From: an uncultured Candidatus Saccharibacteria bacterium
GTDB taxonomy: Bacteria > Patescibacteriota > Minisyncoccia > Phycocordibacterales > Zambryskibacteraceae
Assembly: GCA_964348525.1 (NCBI GenBank)
Contig: CAYGCY010000001.1
Coordinates: 21,873 to 85,872 of the forward strand
DNA length: 64,000 bases
Reading direction: 5' to 3'
The position numbers were made by a program, and so were the translations under genes. How positions within the stretch are numbered: the first letter of the stretch is position 1; each line of letters begins with the position of its first letter. Below the pieces are notes generated by a model. The model saw only the letters and a program-made list of their open reading frames with translations, made no database searches and was not told the DNA's origin. Below, piece by piece: positions 37,194 through 45,437 of the stretch.

Positions 37194-37463
37194 ATGAAAA
37201 AAGGAATACATCCAGATAACTATAGACAGGTAATTTTCCACGACAATTCGTCGGAGGCTGAATTCCTAGTGGGTTCTACTATAAAGAGCGAGGAGGCAAA
37301 GAAGTGGAAAGATGGCAAAGAGTACCCATTGGTCCACGTAGAAATATCTTCAGCTTCCCATCCTTTTTATACTGGCAATGACAAAGTGATAGACACAGCA
37401 GGCCGAGTGGAGAAATTCAAGGCTCGTCAGAGCAAGGCGACAAAGAAAGCAAAAAAGGCGTAG
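37194..37463 (+). CDS. rpmE: 50S ribosomal protein L31
   Basis: [10 protein letters not shown]...HPFYTG pattern. Confidence 0.85.
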   Translation: MKKGIHPDNYRQVIFHDNSSEAEFLVGSTIKSEEAKKWKDGKEYPLVHVEISSASHPFYTGNDKVIDTAGRVEKFKARQSKATKKAKKA

Positions 37464-37481
37464 ATAGCCGGCTTTCCTAAA

Positions 37482-38465
37482 ATGAACAAAGAAGATCTTT
37501 CGCGCTATAAAGAAAATCCTAAAACCGCTTATATGGCGGGCCAGCTTGAAGACTTACTAGAAAAACAAAAAGAAGCAGAGGATTTAAAGAATTCAGACCC
37601 ATCTTTCAAGGAACTAGCTGAAGAAGATTTAAAAAACATAGAGATGCAAATAAATGAGCTGAAAAACCACCTTGACGATATCTTGAAAGTCGAGGAGGCG
37701 GAAGAAGAATTCCCAAACGAAATAATTTTAGAAGTGCGAGCGGGGGCGGGCGGTGAAGAAGCGGCTCTTTTTGCAGAAACTTTGTCGAATATGTATAGGA
37801 AGTATGGAGAAATAAAGGGATGGAATAGCACAGAGCTAGATATAGCTACTTCGCCATTAGGAGGATTTAAGGATGCTTCTTTTGAAATGCGTGGGAAAGA
37901 TATTTATAAAACCCTTCGTTTTGAAACAGGAGTGCACAGGGTTCAAAGAGTACCTGCTACTGAAAAATCTGGAAGGGTTCACACGTCTACTGCTTCAGTT
38001 GCCATCTTGCCCGTTAGAAAAGTACACAAACTTACAATAAACCCAGCAGACTTAGAGATTGAATTTTCAAGGGCTGGTGGCAAGGGCGGTCAAAATGTGA
38101 ACAAAGTAGAAACCGCAGTGAGAATAGTGCACAAACCATCCGGCATTATGGTACGTTCTACCGCCCAGCGTAGTCAGAACGCTAATAAAGAAAAGGCGCT
38201 AGAAATTTTGATGGCCAAACTGGAAGAGATAGAAAGAGAAAAAGCAGAGAGTGAGTTATCTAAAGACAGAAAAGGACAAATAGGCACAGGCGACAGGTCT
38301 GAAAAAATACGTACCTACAACTATCTTCAGGACAGAATTACAGATCATCGTATAAAAGAGTCTTGGCACAATATTGGGAAAATACTAGATGGTGAACTCG
38401 ATGATATAGTGAGTGAACTTGCCAAAAGATATGAGGAGGGAACGATGGGTGAGGGAGAGGAATAA
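37482..38465 (+). CDS. prfA: Peptide chain release factor 1
   Basis: PAT tripeptide ([10 protein letters not shown]), GGQ motif ([10 protein letters not shown]). Confidence 0.9.
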   Translation: MNKEDLSRYKENPKTAYMAGQLEDLLEKQKEAEDLKNSDPSFKELAEEDLKNIEMQINELKNHLDDILKVEEAEEEFPNEIILEVRAGAGGEEAALFAETLSNMYRKYGEIKGWNSTELDIATSPLGGFKDASFEMRGKDIYKTLRFETGVHRVQRVPATEKSGRVHTSTASVAILPVRKVHKLTINPADLEIEFSRAGGKGGQNVNKVETAVRIVHKPSGIMVRSTAQRSQNANKEKALEILMAKLEEIEREKAESELSKDRKGQIGTGDRSEKIRTYNYLQDRITDHRIKESWHNIGKILDGELDDIVSELAKRYEEGTMGEGEE

Positions 38466-38481
38466 TTAAGACAGAAAATAG

Positions 38482-38551
38482 AAAATGAGTCGGATATTTT
38501 TCTTTTGGAGAGATATACCGCACTCCGCAGAAAAACACCCCACTCATTTTA
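38482..38551 (+). repeat. Hairpin element copy D, variant loop (TTGGAGAGATATACCGCACTCCGCAGAAAAA)
   Basis: stem AAAATGAGT / ACTCATTTT; core GGAGAGATATACCGC-CTCC conserved. Confidence 0.7.
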
Positions 38552-38623
38552 GGCAGAAGGTCAGCTATTGCGATGGGATACTTGGTTTGCTACTATATTC
38601 GGGCCAACGAGGCATTTTTATTT

Positions 38624-39334
38624 ATGACAACAAAATCTTCACATAATGTTGAAATAGAGGCTCTTTCTAGAGCCGGTGTTCACTTTGGGAGACAAAAGGG
38701 TCGCAGGCACCCAAGTGCTGACAAGTTTATTTTTGGTACTAAGGGCAATGTGGAGATTTTTGATCTTGACGCTACGAAAGCAAAGCTTGAAGAAGCACTA
38801 GAAGTGGTAAAAGAGATAGGAGAAAAAGGAGGACAGATTTTGATGATTGGAGGGAAAAATGAAGCCAAAGGGGCCGTAAAAGATGATGCCTCTTCTGCTG
38901 GGTTGCCATTTGTTGCGGGGAGATTTATAGGTGGCACCCTTACTAATTTTGTAGAAATCAAAAAAAGAGTGGCACGCTTGGAAAGTCTCGTAGAGCAGAA
39001 GGAGAAAGGAGAGCTTTCAAAATACACAAAAAAAGAAAGACTTCTCATAGATAGAGAAATAGATAAGCTAAAAAAAATGTTTTCAGGTATTACTTCTATG
39101 AAATCTCTTCCAGCACTTGTGTTTGTTGTGGACCCGAGAAAAGAGAATATCGCGGTTAGGGAAGCTAATGGTCTGGGCATTCCTGTTATGGCTCTAGCGG
39201 GGTCTGACTGCAACATGAAGGAGCTAGCTTATCCAATACCGGGCAATGATGCCTCTGAAGCAAGCATAAGATTTATTACTGACAAAATAGCTAGTGCATA
39301 CAAGGAAGCTAAAAAAGCAAGCAAGATAGAGTAG
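38624..39334 (+). CDS. rpsB: 30S ribosomal protein S2
   Basis: HFGRQKGRRHP, LVFVVDPRKENIAVREANGLGIPVMALAGSDCN. Confidence 0.9.
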   Translation: MTTKSSHNVEIEALSRAGVHFGRQKGRRHPSADKFIFGTKGNVEIFDLDATKAKLEEALEVVKEIGEKGGQILMIGGKNEAKGAVKDDASSAGLPFVAGRFIGGTLTNFVEIKKRVARLESLVEQKEKGELSKYTKKERLLIDREIDKLKKMFSGITSMKSLPALVFVVDPRKENIAVREANGLGIPVMALAGSDCNMKELAYPIPGNDASEASIRFITDKIASAYKEAKKASKIE

Positions 39335-39376
39335 TTTAGTTTGTGGTTAGGGTTATAATTAAGTCCACTAAAATTT

Positions 39377-39961
39377 ATGATAAGTACTGAACAAGTAAAA
39401 GAATTACGAGACAAAACTGGAGTATCTATAATGCAATGCAGAAAAGCCCTTGAAGAAGCCGGAGGCGACATAGATAAAGCCCTTATTCTTTTGAAAAAGA
39501 AGGGTGCTGACGTGGCATCAAAGAAAAGTGATCGTACTTTGGGAGCCGGAACCATACAGTCATATATTCATGCGAATGGCATTGTGGGTGCCATAGTAGA
39601 AGTGTCTTCAGAAACAGATTTTGTCGCTAAGAACGAGGATTTTAAAAAGTTGGTCTATGACATAGCAATGCAGGTGGCGGCAACCAATCCTGAATTTTTG
39701 TCCATGGAAGATATTACAGAAGAAGCGCGTTTGAAAGCCGAAGACGCCTTTAGACACGAAGTCGACGGGAAACCAGAAGAAATGAAAAGAAAAATTCTTG
39801 ACGGCAAACTCGCTAGTTTTTTTAGTGAGAGAGTTTTGCTTGAACAGCCTTTCATAAAGAATCCTGAAATGACCATAAGAGATTTAGTTAATTCTGCTAT
39901 TCAAAAATTTGGAGAAAAAGCAGAAATAAGAAGATTCGTAAGATTTTCTACTGGAGACTAA
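39377..39961 (+). CDS. tsf: Elongation factor Ts
   Basis: N-terminal UBA-like VKELRDKTGVSIMQCRKALEEAGGD... and EF-Ts core. Confidence 0.9.
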   Translation: MISTEQVKELRDKTGVSIMQCRKALEEAGGDIDKALILLKKKGADVASKKSDRTLGAGTIQSYIHANGIVGAIVEVSSETDFVAKNEDFKKLVYDIAMQVAATNPEFLSMEDITEEARLKAEDAFRHEVDGKPEEMKRKILDGKLASFFSERVLLEQPFIKNPEMTIRDLVNSAIQKFGEKAEIRRFVRFSTGD

Positions 39962-39962
39962 T

Positions 39963-40391
39963 ATGATAGCGGTCTACATTTTCTATGGTTCACTTATTGG
40001 TATGCTCGGCATGCTAACTGTGAAAATGTATGAAGCAAAAAGAAGACGAAGAAGTTTGGTGTACAGAATATTCGTTAATTTTGACGAGATAACTCATGGA
40101 ATGCTTGCAAAAATTATGGGTAATTTGCGAGCAAAAAAAGATAGGTTCGAGGATTTTATGAAAGTAGATTTCAAAAAACTTCTCTATCTTTTGGCTGTGA
40201 AAGCTATTGCTCATATAAGGGAGTCTTATGATAAGATTCGTGAATCCTCAAGAGGGGTGCAGAAATTGAAAGAAAATCCCAAGGTGTCAGCCTTTTTGAG
40301 AGACATAGAGGAAGCAAAAAAAGAAATTAGCAAGAAAAACGAAGAAGAAAAAGCAGAGGAGTCGTTTTTGAGAGACAAATTGCCGGAGTAG
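39963..40391 (+). CDS. Hypothetical protein, N-terminal TM, K/E-rich; stop overlaps tRNA-Thr 5' end
   Basis: ORF only. Confidence 0.35.
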   Translation: MIAVYIFYGSLIGMLGMLTVKMYEAKRRRRSLVYRIFVNFDEITHGMLAKIMGNLRAKKDRFEDFMKVDFKKLLYLLAVKAIAHIRESYDKIRESSRGVQKLKENPKVSAFLRDIEEAKKEISKKNEEEKAEESFLRDKLPE

Positions 40392-40454
40392 CTCAGTTGG
40401 TAGAGCAATACTTTTGTAAAGTATGGGTCGCAGGTTCAAATCCTGTCTCCGGCT
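40382..40454 (+). tRNA. tRNA-Thr (anticodon UGU)
   Basis: acceptor GCCGGAG/CTCCGGC, D-arm GCTC-AGTTGGTA-GAGC, anticodon stem ATACT/AGTAT loop TTTGTAA, T-arm GCAGG-TTCAAAT-CCTGT, discriminator T. Confidence 0.85.
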
Positions 40455-40592
40455 CAAATAAAGTGTTTTATTTGAGTCTGGATTTGAAGGTCGGAGCGAT
40501 GTTTTGCTAGCAAGCAAAACCGCGAGACGGGGTCGCGACCGAGCCGAGTGACGACGAGCCGAGAGTTGTGGCCTAATCCTGTCTCCGGCTCA
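40439..40592 (+). repeat. 18-bp direct repeat of the tRNA-Thr 3' end (AATCCTGTCTCCGGCTCA at 40439-40456 and 40575-40592) bracketing a 118-bp insert homologous to the one downstream of tRNA-Gln
   Basis: exact duplication; both inserts share TTTTGCTAG(C/T)(A)AGCAAA and GGGGTCGCGA blocks. Confidence 0.6.
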
Positions 40593-40638
40593 CTTATTGG
40601 TTTTAGCCCGCGTTCTTTGGTAGTCTGTACTCCTCTTT

Positions 40639-42177
40639 ATGAATTACACGAAGACCCAGTATTTTAAGGTCGGAAGATCAAGCGAACTGTCTCACAAAGA
40701 CAGGGTTTTATACAAAGCATTTGAAATGGTCCCAGGGCTACTTACTTGGGGGACTATTCTTCTCATAGTGTCTCTGTCAATTTTCAAGCCAATACTCGCT
40801 GCTTATGTGGTTATCCTTTTTGATCTGTACTGGCTTTTAAAGACCGTGTACCTTTCTTCTCACAATATGCATAACTGGCGTCGCATAAGACAAAATTTGA
40901 AAACTGATTGGACGGGTATGGTGTCCCATTTAAAACACGAACATATCTTTCATTTAGTAATATTTCCTTTTTATGACGAGTCTTTCAGGGTGGTTGCAGA
41001 TAGCGTTGAAAGTATTAAAAAAGCAAATTACAATCACAAAAATATTTTTATAGTCTTGGCTTCAGAAGAGCGAGCAGGTGATGATGCAAAAGCAATCTGT
41101 AAAAAAGTCATAGCAAAATACAAAAATGATTTTGCAGGAATTATCTATACCTCTCACCCTGCAAATGTTCCGGGAGAATTAGCGGGGAAGGGCTCTAACA
41201 TTTCTCACGCCGCTGAAGAGGCCAGAAAAGAAATTCTTGATATTAAAAAAATTCCTTATGAAAATGTCCTAGTATCTGCCTTTGATATAGATACTGTTGT
41301 TTACCCAGACTATTTTCTTTGCCTCACATGGCATTTCCTAACTGTAGAGGATCCTCTCCATGCTTCTTTTCAGCCGGTTCCTATCTACAACAATAATATT
41401 TGGCAAACCAATCCTATTTCAAGAGTTACAGCATTTTCAAATACTTTTTGGCAAATGATTCAGCAAGAAAGACCTGAAAAGCTCGTTACTTTTTCTTCCC
41501 ATGCTGTGAATTTTAAATCTCTTTTTGATGTAGGTTATTGGCAAAAAAATATGGTTTCTGAGGATTCTCGTATTTTCTGGAATCTCTTTTTTGCCAACGA
41601 CGGAAATTATCGAGTGGTACCTATGGCTTATCCAGTATCTATGGACGCTAATTCTGCTGGCAGTTTTTGGGGAACTCTAAAAAATATTTACAAACAACAC
41701 AGACGATGGATGTGGGGAGCTGAGAATGTTCCGTACCTGCTTATTGGGTGTTTAAAAAATAGCAAAATTTCATTGAAGAAAAAAATTAGAATGATAGCCG
41801 TACAATTAGAGGGCTATTGGTCGGCAGCTACTAACCCTCTTATTATTTTTCTTTTAGGATGGTTACCACTTATTTTGGGAGGGAAATTTTTTAGAGAAAC
41901 AGTGCTTTCCTACAACCTACCGGTGGTTACTAGAAATCTAATGATAGGTGCCATGCTCGGGTTGGTAACACTCGCTATTATGTCCTTCTCGCTTTTGCCA
42001 AAACTAAACAATGGAAAAGCTATTACAAAAAAACAGAAATTTATGGCAGTAGCACAGTGGGCACTCATTCCATTTACTATAATAATGTTTGGTTCTGTCC
42101 CAGCCATAGATGCTCAAACACGACTTTTATTTGGTAGATATATGGGCTTCTGGGTAACACCGAAATTCAGAAAATAA
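40639..42177 (+). CDS. Membrane-integrated processive family-2 glycosyltransferase (cellulose/chitin-synthase-like)
   Basis: multiple TM helices flanking a GT2 domain; Q-x-x-R-W motif (QHRRW). Confidence 0.7.
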   Translation: MNYTKTQYFKVGRSSELSHKDRVLYKAFEMVPGLLTWGTILLIVSLSIFKPILAAYVVILFDLYWLLKTVYLSSHNMHNWRRIRQNLKTDWTGMVSHLKHEHIFHLVIFPFYDESFRVVADSVESIKKANYNHKNIFIVLASEERAGDDAKAICKKVIAKYKNDFAGIIYTSHPANVPGELAGKGSNISHAAEEARKEILDIKKIPYENVLVSAFDIDTVVYPDYFLCLTWHFLTVEDPLHASFQPVPIYNNNIWQTNPISRVTAFSNTFWQMIQQERPEKLVTFSSHAVNFKSLFDVGYWQKNMVSEDSRIFWNLFFANDGNYRVVPMAYPVSMDANSAGSFWGTLKNIYKQHRRWMWGAENVPYLLIGCLKNSKISLKKKIRMIAVQLEGYWSAATNPLIIFLLGWLPLILGGKFFRETVLSYNLPVVTRNLMIGAMLGLVTLAIMSFSLLPKLNNGKAITKKQKFMAVAQWALIPFTIIMFGSVPAIDAQTRLLFGRYMGFWVTPKFRK

Positions 42178-42178
42178 A

Positions 42179-43054
42179 ATGATTAGACCAATGTCTCAAA
42201 AAAGAAGAGCAATAATGTTTGTACTGTCAGTAATCATTTTTATCGTGGCCGGACCTACCCTGATTCTTATAGCCTCCGGATACTCCGTGAAAGAAGTGGT
42301 CTCATTGACCAAAATAAATTTTCAGAGAACCGGAGGCGTATATATAGGGGACATTGGTACAGACGGAAAAGTTTTTGTAGATGGGAAAATAGCAGGAGGC
42401 GGGTCTTTTTTTGACAGGTCGCTTCTTGTTCAGAGCTTGAGCCCAAAAGTGCATACAGTTTCTATAGAAAGAGATGGTTTCAGAAAATGGGAGAAAAAAG
42501 TAACTGTGGTACCTAATAAAGTTACTGAGATACATCCTGTATTGATTCCTACCAAAGTGGTTTTTGAAAAGATAAACGACAAAATTTTGTCTACTACTTT
42601 GTCAAAGGAGCTTGCGGTTAAAAATAAATCTTTGGTAGCCTCCACCAGCGGTACGGTTGTACTTAAATCAGGAAATATGTTTGTAGGACTTTTAGACGGT
42701 GCAATTTTCTTTAAATGGAAGAGTATTGAGGATACTCCCCAATATATGTGCTCAAAGACTAACTGTGAAATGGGGGGAGTAGTATCTGTAGAAAACCCGA
42801 TCAAAGACATAGAGTGGCACCCAGAAAGTAAATATGGGTTAGTGGCTATTTCTTCGGAGGGCTTTTATGTCATTGAGTTTGACTCTAGAAATTCGAGGAA
42901 TATAACCAAAGTACTTTCGCCCGAAGATTTTAAATTGACACATTTTATAAAACCGTCTTTAATCACTCTCGACGAGTACATATATTTATCTAGTGGGGAT
43001 GTGTTTTATAAAATAAATCTCAAAAAGGCTCCAGCTGTTTCCGAGAAAATTTAA
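42179..43054 (+). CDS. Membrane-anchored PEGA-domain protein
   Basis: N-terminal TM; VHTVSIERDGFRKWEKKVTVVPNKVTEI PEGA-like beta-sandwich motif. Confidence 0.5.
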   Translation: MIRPMSQKRRAIMFVLSVIIFIVAGPTLILIASGYSVKEVVSLTKINFQRTGGVYIGDIGTDGKVFVDGKIAGGGSFFDRSLLVQSLSPKVHTVSIERDGFRKWEKKVTVVPNKVTEIHPVLIPTKVVFEKINDKILSTTLSKELAVKNKSLVASTSGTVVLKSGNMFVGLLDGAIFFKWKSIEDTPQYMCSKTNCEMGGVVSVENPIKDIEWHPESKYGLVAISSEGFYVIEFDSRNSRNITKVLSPEDFKLTHFIKPSLITLDEYIYLSSGDVFYKINLKKAPAVSEKI

Positions 43055-43080
43055 TATCGCCCTGTTATAATTTATTCCAC

Positions 43081-44226
43081 ATGAATTCGTATAAAATATC
43101 GAGACAAGAAGAAGACGTACTCAAGAAAAATCTTGAAGAGAGACACGATGCGGAGGCTCTAAGAATAAGGCGCTATTTGGCAATGAAGGATCTTTCAAGA
43201 ACAGATGGAAGCCCTATAAACACTATAGTTAAGAGAGTTTTAGACCGTGAGGAATTTAGCGAATTTGACCTTATAGAAACGCCTGAAATAGTTCCTGCGG
43301 ATATAAGCTTCGATCTTTTTGATTTTCCAGACAACCACCCTGCACGAAGCAAGTCTGATACTTATTACGTAGATGATAAAAATATTTTGCGTACCCACAC
43401 TACTGTGATGTGGTATTACTATCTAAAGCAGGACTCTGTAAAGGAAAGAATGGCGAGAGGAGAGCCGGTGGGATGTTTTTCTCATGGAAAAGTGTATCGC
43501 AAGGACGAAATAGATAGACACCACATGAATGTCTTTCATCAGCTTGATGGATGGTATTTAGCGCCGAAGGATAAAGAAATAATAGGGCAAGAAGAGTTAC
43601 AGGCAGTCTTGATGTCTATTGCAAAGGCGGTATTCGGAGAAACAGTAGAGGGGAAATTTAATCCCGACACATTTCCTTATACCGATCCGTCCCTCGAGAT
43701 GGAAATTAAAAAAAATGACAAATGGATAGAAGTGCTCGGTAGCGGAGTGGTGAAAGGAAGTGTGCTTGAAAAGTTTGGGGTAGATTCTTCGAAATGGAAT
43801 GGTTGGGCTTTCGGTTTTGGTCTTGAGAGGTTGGCGATAGTTAGTATGGAGCTCCCAGACATACGACTTTTATGGTCAGAAGATGAGCGTGTTAAGAAAC
43901 AATTAATTTTGGGAAATAAATATAAAGAAGTTAGTAAATTTCCACCAGTTATTAGAGATATTTCATTTATTGTGGAGAAAAACTTTGTGTTAAATAATTA
44001 TTTTGACGCTATAAGAGATATAGGAGGTGATGAGGTAGAGGAGGTCCATTTGCTTGATAAATACGAAAACGAAGAAAAATTCGGAGCTGACAAAATTAGC
44101 TATACCTTCAGAATCACATACAGAGACATGGACAAGACTCTTACCAACGAAGAGGTAAATGCCATTCATTCTAAAATCGAAGCTATGACTGAACAGGATT
44201 ATGGGGCTAAGTTAAGACTTGTATGA
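43081..44226 (+). CDS. pheS: Single-chain (mitochondrial-type) phenylalanine--tRNA ligase: PheS-like class II catalytic core fused to a C-terminal FDX-ACB anticodon-binding domain
   Basis: class II motifs (FSHGKVYRKDEIDRHHMNVFHQLDG; GWAFGFGLERLAIV) followed by FPPVIRDISFIVEK...LDKYENEEKFGADKISYTFRITYRDMDKTLTNEEVNAIHSKIEAM typical of the FDX-ACB domain normally at the PheT C-terminus. Confidence 0.7.
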   Translation: MNSYKISRQEEDVLKKNLEERHDAEALRIRRYLAMKDLSRTDGSPINTIVKRVLDREEFSEFDLIETPEIVPADISFDLFDFPDNHPARSKSDTYYVDDKNILRTHTTVMWYYYLKQDSVKERMARGEPVGCFSHGKVYRKDEIDRHHMNVFHQLDGWYLAPKDKEIIGQEELQAVLMSIAKAVFGETVEGKFNPDTFPYTDPSLEMEIKKNDKWIEVLGSGVVKGSVLEKFGVDSSKWNGWAFGFGLERLAIVSMELPDIRLLWSEDERVKKQLILGNKYKEVSKFPPVIRDISFIVEKNFVLNNYFDAIRDIGGDEVEEVHLLDKYENEEKFGADKISYTFRITYRDMDKTLTNEEVNAIHSKIEAMTEQDYGAKLRLV

Positions 44227-44807
44227 GTTGGATTTGGAGGGTTGGGTTATCCCAAAATGAAACATCAGAAGAGTTGTTAAACAAATCTGGGCTTAAATAT
44301 GAGCAGGTTGAAGTAGAGGATGCGTTAAAAAAACATATTCCCGAAACGATTGGTAAGCCATATAAATTGCAAACCTCAATGAGGCTTGACGCCCCCAATT
44401 TTTTTAGTTGCTCATCTCTCGCCAGCTACTTGTATGTTTTTGCTGGGGTTTATATGCCAAGTTTGGTAATAGAGAAATTTAATTTTACTAAACCAATCAC
44501 TAAAGAAGAATTAAGATTCGGAGACTTTGTGTATTCATTCAATGATGCCGATGAAGATAGAAAATCACCAAACCATATGGGTATATACATGGGCGATGGA
44601 AATATTCTTCAAGCCTCAGGATATTGGTATAAAGGGCAGGTCTTAATTGAAAATATGAGCGAAAGCCCGTCCTTCAAAAATCTGATTGGATTCGGGAGAG
44701 TGGTTGACGACTTAAAAGAGAAAAGATACGTGGTCGAGATTCCAGATGACCGCGAGGATTTACGAGAGAAGGAAAATTTAATAAAGTATTTAAATTCTAA
44801 AATATGA
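44223..44807 (+). CDS. NlpC/P60 (C40) family cysteine peptidase
   Basis: Cys in FFSCSSLASYLY and His in SPNHMGIYMGDGNILQASG. Confidence 0.65.
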   Translation: MSWIWRVGLSQNETSEELLNKSGLKYEQVEVEDALKKHIPETIGKPYKLQTSMRLDAPNFFSCSSLASYLYVFAGVYMPSLVIEKFNFTKPITKEELRFGDFVYSFNDADEDRKSPNHMGIYMGDGNILQASGYWYKGQVLIENMSESPSFKNLIGFGRVVDDLKEKRYVVEIPDDREDLREKENLIKYLNSKI

Positions 44808-45370
44808 AATTAGACATTCCGTATTATTCACAATTTGACGGGATAACCATGCTTGAATGGAAAGAAAAAGGCTGTGCCCCCACCTGCCTTAAAATGTGTA
44901 TGGATTTTTATTTGGAGAAAAATAAAAAAACTGCTCCAACTATTGATGATTTAATAAAAGAAGGAGAAACAATAGGAGCGTACTTGGAAAATGTTGGGTG
45001 GAAACATGATGGATTAGTAAGAGTCGCACATAACCACGGTGTGCCAGCTTATGCCGAAGAGTTTCGTTCCGTTGAAGTAGATGTTTTAAATAAAACATTT
45101 TCTGATAATCCGCTACAAGGAGACTTGATAGATATTGGCATTCAGAGAATAAGAAATTCGCTAGACAAGGGGACTCCGGTTATTGTATCCATTCAAAACC
45201 ATGTAGGCTCTCACCAAGTAGTGGTTACTGGGTATGAAGATAATTTAGGGTCTACTACAGGGTTTTATATAAGCGACCCAGATAATAGAAATAGTGAAAA
45301 AAAGGGTGTTTTTATGCCAATGACTGACTTTTTGGCAATTTGGCGTAAATTTGCCATTTTTGTGGGTTAG
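44804..45370 (+). CDS. Peptidase C39-like (papain-fold) domain protein, translationally coupled to the NlpC/P60 gene
   Basis: YYSQ...GCAPTCLKM Cys region and downstream SHQVVVTGY His region as in Peptidase_C39_2. Confidence 0.5.
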   Translation: MKLDIPYYSQFDGITMLEWKEKGCAPTCLKMCMDFYLEKNKKTAPTIDDLIKEGETIGAYLENVGWKHDGLVRVAHNHGVPAYAEEFRSVEVDVLNKTFSDNPLQGDLIDIGIQRIRNSLDKGTPVIVSIQNHVGSHQVVVTGYEDNLGSTTGFYISDPDNRNSEKKGVFMPMTDFLAIWRKFAIFVG

Positions 45371-45437
45371 TAGAGCCGTATTTTGTACACAAAAAAGCTT
45401 TATTTTACCCTCCTTATTTGATAGAATACTATAGTAA

